Part shown: positions 29,146-38,802 of the stretch, one piece after another | Layout: the number at the start of each line of letters is the position of its first letter | How positions within the stretch are numbered: position 1 is the stretch's first letter | Assembly (NCBI GenBank): GCA_016839445.1 | Contig: JAEOUG010000154.1 | Coordinates: 1-58,146, forward strand | Direction of reading: 5' to 3' | Length of the DNA stretch: 58,146 nt | From: Candidatus Thorarchaeota archaeon | GTDB lineage: Archaea; Asgardarchaeota; Thorarchaeia; Thorarchaeales; Thorarchaeaceae | The notes under the pieces: generated by a model | What the model was told of the DNA's origin: nothing | Database searches by the model: none | The model's input: the letters and a program-made list of their open reading frames with translations, nothing else | Made by a program: the position numbers and the translations under genes

Positions 29146-29205
29146 TATTGGATATCCGATACATTTAAGTATATATATCGGACACCCAATATTGGACATC
29201 CTATA
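29146..29205. promoter_or_regulatory. Three imperfect 16-bp palindromes flanking a TATA-like element; probable operator
   Basis: TATTGGATATCCGATA 29146, TATCGGACACCCAATA 29176, TATTGGACATCCTATA 29190; TTTAAGTATATATA between copies 1 and 2. Confidence 0.7.
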
Positions 29206-29410
29206 ACGTGGCGAGCGAAATGACGAGAATGCGAGAAGAGCTGGAGTGTGCCGATGCACATGAGAGATGCCCCTCTGAGAAGCGACTGGAGGGTGACAGC
29301 AGCTGTTCAGGCTCACGGTGCACAAATGGAGCTCTGTGCAGTGGAGTGAGCTACTCTCTCGCTTCTAGGTTCGTTGTGTGACGCCCACTGGATTGTACGG
29401 TAGTGATATC

Positions 29411-30193
29411 ATGACAAAGAAAGTCAGCGAAATGACCCCCGATGAGATCAAATCAGAGGTGAGAGCGGCGTACTCCCGTGTTGCCTCAAGAACAGAGTGC
29501 TGTGCTCCTGAGACCAAGGCTGGTTCCCAATGCTGTGGGAGCACACCTGAGGTGACTCAGAAGTCCCTGGCAGAGGCTCTCGGATATGAGGTGGACGGAT
29601 TGCCATCCTCATTGACTGAGTCGTTTGCGGGTTGCGGTAATCCTGTTGCCCTGGCCAGCTTGGAGGAAGGTGAGACCGTCCTGGATCTTGGCAGTGGAGC
29701 TGGATTGGATATGTTCGCGGCATCGAGAAGGGTGGGGCCTAGTGGTAGAGTCATTGGGGTTGATATGACCCCGGATATGATTGAGAAGGCTCGAGAGAAT
29801 GCCAAGAAGCTAGACATCACGAATGTGGACTTCCGACTAGGAGACATAGAGGACCTGCCAGTGGAGGATGAATCAGTTGATGTGGTGATCAGCAACTGCG
29901 TCATCAATCTCGCACCTGACAAGATGAGAGTATTCAGAGAGGCCTACAGGGTACTGAAGAACGGCGGCAGGATGTTCGTGTCTGACATTGTCCTCTCTAA
30001 GCCTCTGCCGAAGGACCTTCGTGATGAGGTCCTGACATACACAGGCTGCGTTGGTGGGGCCATTCTCGACGAGGAGTACTTGCAGATGATGAGAGACGCG
30101 GGTTTCCAAGACGTGGCAATCACTGGCAAGAGCCAGATTGGACCTTGGGGCACCTACAGCGCATACATCTCAGGCTCAAAGCGCACGAATTGA
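29411..30193 (+). CDS. arsM: Arsenite S-adenosylmethionine methyltransferase
   Basis: SFAGCGNPVALA, VLDLGSGAGLD, GVDMTPDM, ISNCVINL, GCVGGA; N-terminal CC pairs. Confidence 0.92.
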   Translation: MTKKVSEMTPDEIKSEVRAAYSRVASRTECCAPETKAGSQCCGSTPEVTQKSLAEALGYEVDGLPSSLTESFAGCGNPVALASLEEGETVLDLGSGAGLDMFAASRRVGPSGRVIGVDMTPDMIEKARENAKKLDITNVDFRLGDIEDLPVEDESVDVVISNCVINLAPDKMRVFREAYRVLKNGGRMFVSDIVLSKPLPKDLRDEVLTYTGCVGGAILDEEYLQMMRDAGFQDVAITGKSQIGPWGTYSAYISGSKRTN

Positions 30194-30204
30194 GGTTGGA
30201 ATGA

Positions 30205-31038
30205 ATGGCAGTAGACATCGAGATAGAGATGGGCACAAACCTCGTGAGCGTCCCAGTCTACGTGAATGGCTCAGGTCCGTTCATGTTTCACCTTGACACA
30301 GGGGCATCCAGAACCACTCTGACAACCAGACTGGCTGACGAACTTGGGCTTTCAACGTATGAAGGCTCTCGGACTGAAGCAAGGGGAGTTGGAGGCGGCA
30401 TCCCGGTTGAGTATGCTAGCGTGAGCAGTGTGAAGATTGGCGATTTGGATACTGGCAGCCAGGAGGTGTACGTTCTCGATCTTGATAGCATGATGGGCAG
30501 GCGTGAGGGTCGCGATGGCGTGCTTGGCCATAGCACACTCAAGGACTACACTCTGTCGCTCAGCTATGGTGAGAAGCGCCTTGAACTTGAGCGCACATTG
30601 AAATCGGACCGGAGCAAAGAGGTCATTTCAGACGATTGGGCGAGCTTTCATTATGTCCAAGACACGCACCTGGTTTCTTTGCCTGCAATCATAGATGGCT
30701 CTGACCCCATCGATCTTGTTGTCGACACTGGGGCCGGAAGCACTGTGTTCACGCCGGAACTTGTCGAACGACTCAAGATTGACGCCTTTCCTGTTCCCGG
30801 CATAGCACGTGGCGTTGGTGGTGATGTTGAGCTCAAGATGGCACGCGTCAAGAGCATAGAGGTAGGCTCGGCTAGGGTTGACGAAGCTCAGGTGGCAGTC
30901 GTAGATTTGAGTCGGGTCTCTCCAAAGGGCGCACTCATCGAGAATGGCATTCTGGGCTTCAATTTCCTGAGCCGCTTTGTGACGAGTCTTGACTATCCGA
31001 ATATGCTCTTTCGATTCAGACCATTGAGTCTTGAATGA
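30205..31038 (+). CDS. Tandem retropepsin-like (clan AA) aspartyl protease
   Basis: Two domains: LDTGA...DGVLG and VDTGA...NGILG. Confidence 0.88.
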   Translation: MAVDIEIEMGTNLVSVPVYVNGSGPFMFHLDTGASRTTLTTRLADELGLSTYEGSRTEARGVGGGIPVEYASVSSVKIGDLDTGSQEVYVLDLDSMMGRREGRDGVLGHSTLKDYTLSLSYGEKRLELERTLKSDRSKEVISDDWASFHYVQDTHLVSLPAIIDGSDPIDLVVDTGAGSTVFTPELVERLKIDAFPVPGIARGVGGDVELKMARVKSIEVGSARVDEAQVAVVDLSRVSPKGALIENGILGFNFLSRFVTSLDYPNMLFRFRPLSLE

Positions 31039-31097
31039 ATAGCCCTTCTATCAGCAGTGTGATAAGCAAGGAAGCTTCCTGTAGGAGGGTGAGTCCT

Positions 31098-31931
31098 ATG
31101 AAGGAAGAGCAGTCATCTTACATCGGATACGATGGCACGAAGATGTTCATGCGCGCCTGGCTCCCGGATGATGCACCAAGAGCAGTCATACTGGGAATCC
31201 ACGGACTCGGGTCGCACAGCGGGCTCCTCTCACACATGGCTGAGCAGTTTGTGCAGAGAGGGTATGCCTTCCATGCGCCTGATCTTCGTGGTTTTGGCCA
31301 GTTTGAGGGACGAAAAGGACATGTCGAGAGCTTCGCAGAGTATGATGAGGACCTGCACTGCATCGTTCAGGACCTCAAAGAAGTGTACCCTGATGAGAAG
31401 CTCTTCATGTATGGCCACTCCTTGGGAGCAGTGCATGCCCTTCTCTACTCCATCAAGTATCCTGGTGTGTTGGACGGGGCCATTGTGCCTGGCACTGCGG
31501 TTACAGAGCGTCTCAAAGTGAGTTCGGTAACCAGGGCTCTTGGAAAGCTGCTTTCGGCGCTTAATGTCAAGACCTACATCGACAATGGTTTGGATCTCTC
31601 TCTGCTTGCTAGGAATCAAGAAGTCGTTGAGAGGAACCAGAATGACCCGTTACGATGGGACAAGGTCACACCAAGATTCGCCATTGAAGGCCTGAATACA
31701 GCTAAGAGGCTTTTCAACTCAGGAGCCGAGGTGCGCGTTCCTCTCATCATGCAACAGGGTGGGGAGGACATGATTCTGATTCCTGATAAGAACAAGGAAT
31801 TCTTCGACACCATTGCTTCGAAAGACAAGACGTGGAAGCTTTACCCAACGTTATACCACGAACCCTTCTTCGACCCTGGCGGGGAGGAGCTCCTCAAAGA
31901 CATGTTCTCGTGGATTGATGAACGAGTCTAG
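31098..31931 (+). CDS. Alpha/beta hydrolase (lysophospholipase/monoglyceride lipase-like)
   Basis: HGLG, DLRGFG, GHSLG, D...HE. Confidence 0.9.
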   Translation: MKEEQSSYIGYDGTKMFMRAWLPDDAPRAVILGIHGLGSHSGLLSHMAEQFVQRGYAFHAPDLRGFGQFEGRKGHVESFAEYDEDLHCIVQDLKEVYPDEKLFMYGHSLGAVHALLYSIKYPGVLDGAIVPGTAVTERLKVSSVTRALGKLLSALNVKTYIDNGLDLSLLARNQEVVERNQNDPLRWDKVTPRFAIEGLNTAKRLFNSGAEVRVPLIMQQGGEDMILIPDKNKEFFDTIASKDKTWKLYPTLYHEPFFDPGGEELLKDMFSWIDERV

Positions 31932-32058
31932 GGGGTCCGAGTTCCCTCATGGTGCACGAGTGAAACTAGAGCAATGCTTTTATGCGCCATGAAGACTCGG
32001 GGCCTCCAGCGGTGGAGAATGGACAGAAGGTCCTATATCCAATCGAGAGTGACATTGC

Positions 32059-33972
32059 ATGAACCGATTCCACAAACTATCTTCAATACTCATCCTTCTA
32101 TTCATCTTGGCCGGCACTGCAGCACCTGCGGTGTTCAACGGCGGCTTGGATCCTGCAATACAGCCCATAAACACTCACCAAACCTCTGCCACCAACTATC
32201 AGGTGTCCATCTACAACCTGAATGAACTGATGGCTTTCAATGATGATGACTTCCGGTTTGTAGTCAAGAACGGCACCGTGGCGCTGAACAACGCATGGGT
32301 GCGACTCTACGACAATGCTACTCTCACCCTTGAGTATCAGGGATTCACTGATGGGAACGGAAACGTGACTTTCAGCAACGTCGATCCCGGCACCTACAAG
32401 TGGAACATATCACATCCCCTGGCAACAGGGACTCCTGACGCCACCGGATTCATCGTGTCTGATGGCCCGGAAGCGTTCGTCAACTACATCTTCGGGAACG
32501 TGGACTGGCAGAACGATGATGATGACTTCGATATCACAGTTCGCGATATCCGGGGTCGTTTGGCGTACAATCTCAACCTCTCAATTACCAATCAGACAGA
32601 CGGTAGTCTCTATGATCAAGTCGTGCTGACTGATGGCACAGAGAGCTTCATGGACATGCCCGAGGGAATGTATGACTGGGAGCTCTCGGTCTTGTACGAT
32701 CCTGAGTACGCGGGCTATGTACTAGATTCTGGCTCTCTTGAGTCAAATGGTACACAGAGGCTTGCGTTGAGCCGAATCGGCCCTATCACTGGAAATCCGG
32801 ACTACTACGATCTTGAGGTGTTCACATACTTCGAAACCAGCCTGGTTCCGATTGTGGGCGCCACGGTGGAAGTCACACACAAGAACGGGACGGTCATTGG
32901 GACAAAGATCACGCCGGTCAATGGTAGTGTTCTCTTCGTGGACCTTCCTGTGGCCTTCATCAACTGGACTATAACATACTTGGGGCTGCCTGTTGGCGAG
33001 GGTAGTTACTATCGCGACTTGACTGATGTTTCAGCCGACGTGCGAGACCCAATCATTACAGGCCCGGGAGATCAGGAGTATCTGCTCTGGGAAGAGAACG
33101 TTACGATCACTTGGCATGTTGAGGACGAGTACCCAGACTCTCTCAGTGTCTTCGTTGACAATGAACTGAGCCTGAGCACTGGGTGGGTGAACGCAACATA
33201 CGACTTCGTCTACAACGTGAGTCACTACTTCGATGAGTTTGCGATTGGCGTATACGAAGTGAAACTGGTAGCGATTGATGAGAACTTCAACTCCGCAGAA
33301 GATATTATTCAAGTGAGAATCTACGAGAACATCACACCTGTCATTGAAGGGCCTGAACCCTTCGAGTTCTATTTCACTGAAACTGGCCACAGCCTTCAGT
33401 GGAACATAACTGATGACTACCCCGATGCATATGTAGTACTTCAAAATGGAACTGACTTCGAGAGCGGCGACATTGACCCGGATGAGCCCGTCGTCACAAT
33501 CAGCCTGAATCGGCTGGCTGTGGGAGTTCACAACTTCTCACTGACTGTGAATGACACTTCGGGCAACTCGGCCAGTCATTGGGTTAACGTCACAGTGATT
33601 GGCGATACCACTCTCCCAGTCATCGTCTTCGAGCCTGGTGATGTGTACTACGCCAGAGGTGACACGAACATCATAAGGAATTGGACAATCACAGACGACT
33701 CCAAGGATTACTACACAATCACTGTGGACAACGTGCTCATTGTCAATGCCACGTGGGTTACGAGCAGGATAGAGTTTGACTTCTCTGGCCTCTCAACGGG
33801 CGTCCACACGGTGAACCTCACCGTTTACGATCTTGGAGGCAACTCAGTCTCATCTATTGTCACCGTTCGAGTGTCTATTCCCACTGTACAGAGGTACTTG
33901 ACTGCAATCGGCGTCGGTGCGGCTATCCTTATTGGCGTCGCTGTGCTGTTTTGGTTCGTCAAGTATAGGTAG
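32059..33972 (+). CDS. Secreted, C-terminally anchored surface glycoprotein with repeated beta-sandwich (Ig-like) domains
   Basis: Signal peptide; three C-terminal repeats (P.I.GP...W...D...Y...G.H/Y...V.D..GN); many NxS/T sequons; C-terminal TM + KYR. Confidence 0.8.
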   Translation: MNRFHKLSSILILLFILAGTAAPAVFNGGLDPAIQPINTHQTSATNYQVSIYNLNELMAFNDDDFRFVVKNGTVALNNAWVRLYDNATLTLEYQGFTDGNGNVTFSNVDPGTYKWNISHPLATGTPDATGFIVSDGPEAFVNYIFGNVDWQNDDDDFDITVRDIRGRLAYNLNLSITNQTDGSLYDQVVLTDGTESFMDMPEGMYDWELSVLYDPEYAGYVLDSGSLESNGTQRLALSRIGPITGNPDYYDLEVFTYFETSLVPIVGATVEVTHKNGTVIGTKITPVNGSVLFVDLPVAFINWTITYLGLPVGEGSYYRDLTDVSADVRDPIITGPGDQEYLLWEENVTITWHVEDEYPDSLSVFVDNELSLSTGWVNATYDFVYNVSHYFDEFAIGVYEVKLVAIDENFNSAEDIIQVRIYENITPVIEGPEPFEFYFTETGHSLQWNITDDYPDAYVVLQNGTDFESGDIDPDEPVVTISLNRLAVGVHNFSLTVNDTSGNSASHWVNVTVIGDTTLPVIVFEPGDVYYARGDTNIIRNWTITDDSKDYYTITVDNVLIVNATWVTSRIEFDFSGLSTGVHTVNLTVYDLGGNSVSSIVTVRVSIPTVQRYLTAIGVGAAILIGVAVLFWFVKYR

Positions 33973-33973
33973 G

Positions 33974-34005
33974 AAGGCTGGCGTGCCAAGGGCCGTCAGC
34001 CTTTT
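33974..34005 (+). terminator. Hairpin followed by TTTT
   Basis: AAGGCTGGCG...CGTCAGCCTT then T-run just after stop codon. Confidence 0.5.
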
Positions 34006-34056
34006 ATCTCCTGTCGAGGAGCCGACCAAGTCTGGTCAACGAACTGGTGATGATTC

Positions 34057-35364
34057 ATGGAGAAACATGTGACCTATGTCAAAATGAGAGAGATACTCGA
34101 AGGGAGATTCACGGGCCAGAGAGTCAACCTTCGTGGCTGGGTTCACAGAATCCGGAAGCAGAAGAAGATGGTATTCGTGCTTCTGAGGGACTCCACAGGT
34201 GTTGTTCAGACAGTGATAAAGAAGTCCGCGGTCAGCGAAGAAAGCCACTCAGACGCCGAGAAGATGTTAATCGAGTCTCTAGTGACTATGGCCGGGACTG
34301 TGAAGGAAGATGAGAGAGCTGAAGGCGGATATGAGGTCCAAGTGGACGAATTCAAGGTCCTTCACTTCGCAGAGGAGTTTCCCATAACCGAACACCAGAG
34401 CACTGAGTTCCTCAACGACATGCGGCACCTCTGGATGAGGTCAAGGAAGCTGACCAACGTCTTGAAGGTCAGAGATGAGGTGTTTCGTTCTGCGAGGGAG
34501 TATCTGAGAAACCAAGGCTTCTATGAAACCACATCTCCAATGTTTGTGTCAACCATGGGAGAGGAGGGCTCTGACCTCTTCGAGGTTGAGTACTTCGGGA
34601 AGAAGGTCTACTTGACACAGACCAGTCAGATGCACTTGGAGCCACAGCTCTTCGCAATGGAGAACGTGTTCATCTTGGCTCCTTCGTTCAGGGCTGAGAA
34701 GTCCAGAACACGCAAACATGTGACTGAGTACTGGCATCTGGAGGTGGAGGAGTCTTGGTGCGACCACGAGTGCAACCTCAAGAGGCAGGAAGGCCTCATA
34801 GCTCATATGTGTCACTCTGTTGCCAAGAACCGTCTGGCCGAACTAACGGAGCTGGAAGCTGATATTGACAGGCTTCTGGAGGTCAAGCCGCCATTCGACA
34901 GGATGACGTACACTGAGGCCATCGAGATATGTCAAGAGAAGGGCCTGGAGATTGAGTGGGGCCAGGATTTGCGGACTGAGGCTGAGCACCTGCTAACTGA
35001 CGATCGTGACAGATTTCTCTTCGTCGAATACTACCCCAAGGGCATCAAATCGTTCTACATGAAGCACAACGATGAAGACCCCCGTACCTACAAGAACAAC
35101 GATCTTCTCGCGCCCCGTGGCTACGGAGAGATGATTGGAGCGAGCGAGAGAGAAACCGACGTCAATCGGATAATCGAGAATCTGAAACGAATCGGTGACG
35201 ATCCTGCGAAGTATCAGTGGTATCTCGACATCCGAAGGTATGGGAGCGTTCCGCACTCTGGGTTCGGAGTCGGCATAGACCGGCTGATCATGTGGATGCT
35301 GGAGCTCGAGCACATCCGTGATAGCATACCCTTCCCGCGAACAGTAACTCGGACATTCCCCTAG
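34057..35364 (+). CDS. asnS: Asparagine--tRNA ligase
   Basis: OB-fold GWVHRIR...LRDSTG; motif 2 FRAEKSRTRKH; motif 3 PHSGFGVGIDR; archaeal AsnRS-like. Confidence 0.9.
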   Translation: MEKHVTYVKMREILEGRFTGQRVNLRGWVHRIRKQKKMVFVLLRDSTGVVQTVIKKSAVSEESHSDAEKMLIESLVTMAGTVKEDERAEGGYEVQVDEFKVLHFAEEFPITEHQSTEFLNDMRHLWMRSRKLTNVLKVRDEVFRSAREYLRNQGFYETTSPMFVSTMGEEGSDLFEVEYFGKKVYLTQTSQMHLEPQLFAMENVFILAPSFRAEKSRTRKHVTEYWHLEVEESWCDHECNLKRQEGLIAHMCHSVAKNRLAELTELEADIDRLLEVKPPFDRMTYTEAIEICQEKGLEIEWGQDLRTEAEHLLTDDRDRFLFVEYYPKGIKSFYMKHNDEDPRTYKNNDLLAPRGYGEMIGASERETDVNRIIENLKRIGDDPAKYQWYLDIRRYGSVPHSGFGVGIDRLIMWMLELEHIRDSIPFPRTVTRTFP

Positions 35365-35441
35365 TGCTCTCGAAATCTCTATATCAATTGCTTGCGATAT
35401 TCTTCCGGGAACCTCGGTTCTCGCTTGGTGAGGTGTATCGC

Positions 35442-38015
35442 GTGAGAGGAATTGGGGTAGCGCGGCTGAGTGCAGCTGTCCTAGCTTTCATGGTTGTGTG
35501 GTTCCAGTTCGGAGCCGCTGTTGATGCACAGGTCTACCTTGACCCAGTGGACCTGCTTATTATCGCACATGAGGACTTCCTGCCGGAGTTGGAGCGGCTT
35601 GCTGAATGGAAGAACAGCACAGGCGTCCCTACCGCACTGGTTTCGTGGCAGTCTCTGGTGTCGGACTACTCAGAAGGGGACTGGCCTGAACGCATCAAAC
35701 GTGGAATCAAGTTCTGGCATGAGAGCCGTAGAGTGAAGTACGTCATGCTTGTCGGGGATGCAGACATGCTCCCTGTTCGTTACATCACCCTGGACTGGGG
35801 TGCACACACACCGGACCCTGACCATCTTCCTGCCTCGGACTTTGTGTTCAGCGCCTCGGATCTCTACTACGCTGACCTATACAATGCAAGCGAAGACTTC
35901 GATGATTGGGACTATGACAAGAACGGGTTCTATGGCGAGTTGTGGGGCGCAAACAACCTGGCAGCCCTCGGCCCCATCAACCACGACCGGATCGACATGT
36001 ATCCTGATGTTGCCCTGGGCCGAGTGCCAGCATCCAGTACATTCCAAGTGGCGAACTTCGTTGAGAAGGTGATCTCCTACGAAACGAATGTGAATGACGC
36101 CGTTCAGCACTGGCTGAAGAACTGCCTGCTTATTGCAGAGGGAGTCGATGACTTGGGCCACTACGATCACACTGACGACATTGAGAGCAAGCTCGTCGCC
36201 GCTGGATTTAGTGTGATGAAGTACTGCGACGTTGACAACAGCAATCGGCCTCGACCTTCTCACATTCGGCCTGACTGGGTCATCATCAACAACGAACTGG
36301 GATATGGGAAGGGTCTTCTGAGCTTCGCAGGTCACGGAAACAGGCTATATGCACCATCGTACGGCGAATACGGGTCTGACTATAACATATATGTCTCACA
36401 AGCTGACGGGTCCTCATTCAATGAATCCAAGCGAATCGACTACCACTTCTGCCAAGGCCTTCTCGGTACCCCGGCTGTCGGCGACTATGACGGAGATAGC
36501 GACACTGATGTCCTCTTCATTCAGCTGAACGGTACTGTCTGGACTGCAAAGACCCAGCCATCTGGTCTTCTCTGGGGCGACTTTCATGTTGACTTGAGTC
36601 CTCACTTCGCAGCCACGACCGGGTATCCTCTTGTGGCCGATGTCACAGGTGATCTGAAAGCTGATCTTATTCAGTTCAATCGAACATCTGGTGAGGTCTA
36701 TGTGTCCATCTCGTGGGGGTACACCTTTGACCCAGTCCAGGTGTGGTCTCTCGACTTCTGCGTTGGGTCACACTCGTGTTTTGTAGGCGACTTCAATGGT
36801 GATGCGATTTCAGACATCGGGTATCGCCATGGGCCAGACATCTACGTTTCCTTGTCACACGGAACCGGCTTCATGGGGAAGAATCCTTGGCTTACTGGAC
36901 CGATTACCGATGCAGCGATTGTTGTAGGCGACTACAATGGGGACGCAAACGATGACCTTGCTTTCGTCAACGTGACGAGTGGGAACGTGTTTGTGGCCAC
37001 GTCAAATGGTCAGCAATTCGCTTTCAACTCAAGCTATAGCTTCTCCGCTCTCTGTCCCGGCGACATCTCCTATGGTGCCGTCGTCGATTCGGGTGATTTC
37101 TGGGGTGACGGCACTGACGACCTAGTCGTTTTCCTCCGAGACTCACGGATTGGCGGCACTCGCACCGTTGGTGAGGATACACTCTTCGAACGCGGTGATG
37201 TCTATGTGCTTTCGACCGACTCGTATGGTTTCTGTGCTGGAGGGATCTGGAATGACAACTTCTGTGTCGAGTCAGTCATTCCGGCTGTGGGCGATTTCAA
37301 TCACGATGCAGCTGAAGACATCATCGCATTCCACAGAGTTCCAGGGGCTGCGCCGTTTGCTTCTCTCAATAACAAGGAAAAGTATCCCATCGTCTTCGCA
37401 GCCTCTTGTAGTACAGGTGAGTATGCCATTATCCCACCTTGGCATGAGTATAGGACCGTCACAGGGGGGACTCAATCAGGCACCAATGACGGCACGATAT
37501 TTCCGACGAGCCTGTTCCAAGGAATGGATCTCATGGTCCCTCCTGCTCCGGACCCGCTCCAACCGTATGATGTCCTCTGCATAGCTGAGCAGTTCCTTGT
37601 CCATGACAATGAGAGTGGCGCTGTGGCATACATAGGAGGAGTCGAGGTGCTTCAGGGGGCATGTATGGATCTGAACCGGCTCTTTGTGGAATCCTACACC
37701 AGCGGGGAGAACATACTCGGAAACATGTGGAACGATGCACTTGAGGGCTTTCTCACCGCCAATAGCTACGGACACGGCGAGCAGCTCCTCTATTCAACTG
37801 GCTGGAGTGACGTTGCCAGCTACCATCACCCGTCGAAGATGATGCTCTTTGGAGACCCGTCTCTTCGTGTCTTTAGTGCTCCGGAGCCCACAACTCCGCC
37901 AATCGGCACAATCCCTCCTGTTCACATCGTCATCATAGGTGGAGGCATTGCCGCTGGTCTGGGCGTAATTGTGTATGTAAGACGTATCCGGAACCTCCCG
38001 CTTATCAGAAGGTAG
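35442..38015 (+). CDS. C25 (gingipain-like) cysteine peptidase with internal FG-GAP repeats and C-terminal TM anchor
   Basis: YVMLVGD, SDLYYADL, DVALGRVP, FAGHG, ASC, LFGDP; six GD(F/Y)xGDxxxD-type repeats; start uncertain. Confidence 0.85.
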   Translation: MRGIGVARLSAAVLAFMVVWFQFGAAVDAQVYLDPVDLLIIAHEDFLPELERLAEWKNSTGVPTALVSWQSLVSDYSEGDWPERIKRGIKFWHESRRVKYVMLVGDADMLPVRYITLDWGAHTPDPDHLPASDFVFSASDLYYADLYNASEDFDDWDYDKNGFYGELWGANNLAALGPINHDRIDMYPDVALGRVPASSTFQVANFVEKVISYETNVNDAVQHWLKNCLLIAEGVDDLGHYDHTDDIESKLVAAGFSVMKYCDVDNSNRPRPSHIRPDWVIINNELGYGKGLLSFAGHGNRLYAPSYGEYGSDYNIYVSQADGSSFNESKRIDYHFCQGLLGTPAVGDYDGDSDTDVLFIQLNGTVWTAKTQPSGLLWGDFHVDLSPHFAATTGYPLVADVTGDLKADLIQFNRTSGEVYVSISWGYTFDPVQVWSLDFCVGSHSCFVGDFNGDAISDIGYRHGPDIYVSLSHGTGFMGKNPWLTGPITDAAIVVGDYNGDANDDLAFVNVTSGNVFVATSNGQQFAFNSSYSFSALCPGDISYGAVVDSGDFWGDGTDDLVVFLRDSRIGGTRTVGEDTLFERGDVYVLSTDSYGFCAGGIWNDNFCVESVIPAVGDFNHDAAEDIIAFHRVPGAAPFASLNNKEKYPIVFAASCSTGEYAIIPPWHEYRTVTGGTQSGTNDGTIFPTSLFQGMDLMVPPAPDPLQPYDVLCIAEQFLVHDNESGAVAYIGGVEVLQGACMDLNRLFVESYTSGENILGNMWNDALEGFLTANSYGHGEQLLYSTGWSDVASYHHPSKMMLFGDPSLRVFSAPEPTTPPIGTIPPVHIVIIGGGIAAGLGVIVYVRRIRNLPLIRR

Positions 38016-38071
38016 AAAAGGAGCATGTCTGTACAGGCCCAAAGTGACATCCCGATGGGAGGCCTATTAGT

Positions 38072-38728
38072 ATGAGTCCTGGGTTTCTGAGTGACAAGAG
38101 GGCCGTTCTCGCCCTAATCATAGGCATTCCACTTGCCTTGGTATCAGTCTTTATTGTCCGCGTTCTCGACTACAATCTGTCCTTGGTTCTGTTCGGAGCC
38201 TCACTGGTTCTGTTCCTATTCGCGTGTCTTCTAGACACTGCTGATGAGTTCCCACGTGAACCGACCCCGAAGCCCGTGAGTATGGATGAGCACGCTGAGG
38301 AATACACTCCTGAGGTTGAGAAGCCCGCGGCGCGACTGAGCAAGATGCCAGTCGAGACCATTGAGGGCATTGGCCCTGTCTATGGCAAGCTGCTAAGAGA
38401 CGCGGGTTACCCCACAGTGGCTGACATGCTTGGAGTGGAGGCAGACAGAGTGGCCGAGATCTGCGATGTTAGTGTTGGACAGGCCGAGAAGTGGATCGCA
38501 ATGAGTCGGTTCGCGTGGCTTGATTCCATATCAGAGGAAGATGCAGAGGCCATAGTCTTTGCTACAGGAATCACAACTCTAGAAGGCCTCGCCCATGCTG
38601 ATCCTGAAAGCATATTGATGAGAATACGAAAAGCTCTCGACGCGGGCGACGTGAGGGTCCCGGCAGGGTACAGCTTCGATATTTCTCGAGTTCGACTCTG
38701 GGTTGAGGAAGCAAAGGGTCTGATCTAG
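38072..38728 (+). CDS. Membrane-anchored helix-hairpin-helix protein (DUF4332-like)
   Basis: Two N-terminal TMs; IEGIGPVYGKLLRDAG HhH and a second degenerate HhH. Confidence 0.7.
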   Translation: MSPGFLSDKRAVLALIIGIPLALVSVFIVRVLDYNLSLVLFGASLVLFLFACLLDTADEFPREPTPKPVSMDEHAEEYTPEVEKPAARLSKMPVETIEGIGPVYGKLLRDAGYPTVADMLGVEADRVAEICDVSVGQAEKWIAMSRFAWLDSISEEDAEAIVFATGITTLEGLAHADPESILMRIRKALDAGDVRVPAGYSFDISRVRLWVEEAKGLI

Positions 38729-38802
38729 TAAGAGAAGAGAAGAGTCCCCTGAGTTTCTTCACAATCCAGCGTTTGGGAAGAACATCGCTCGGAGTGTCTA
38801 CT

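Noticed and set aside
29140-29325. N-terminal extension of the PadR ORF
   Set aside because: Runs through the operator/TATA region; the real start is more likely ATG 29139
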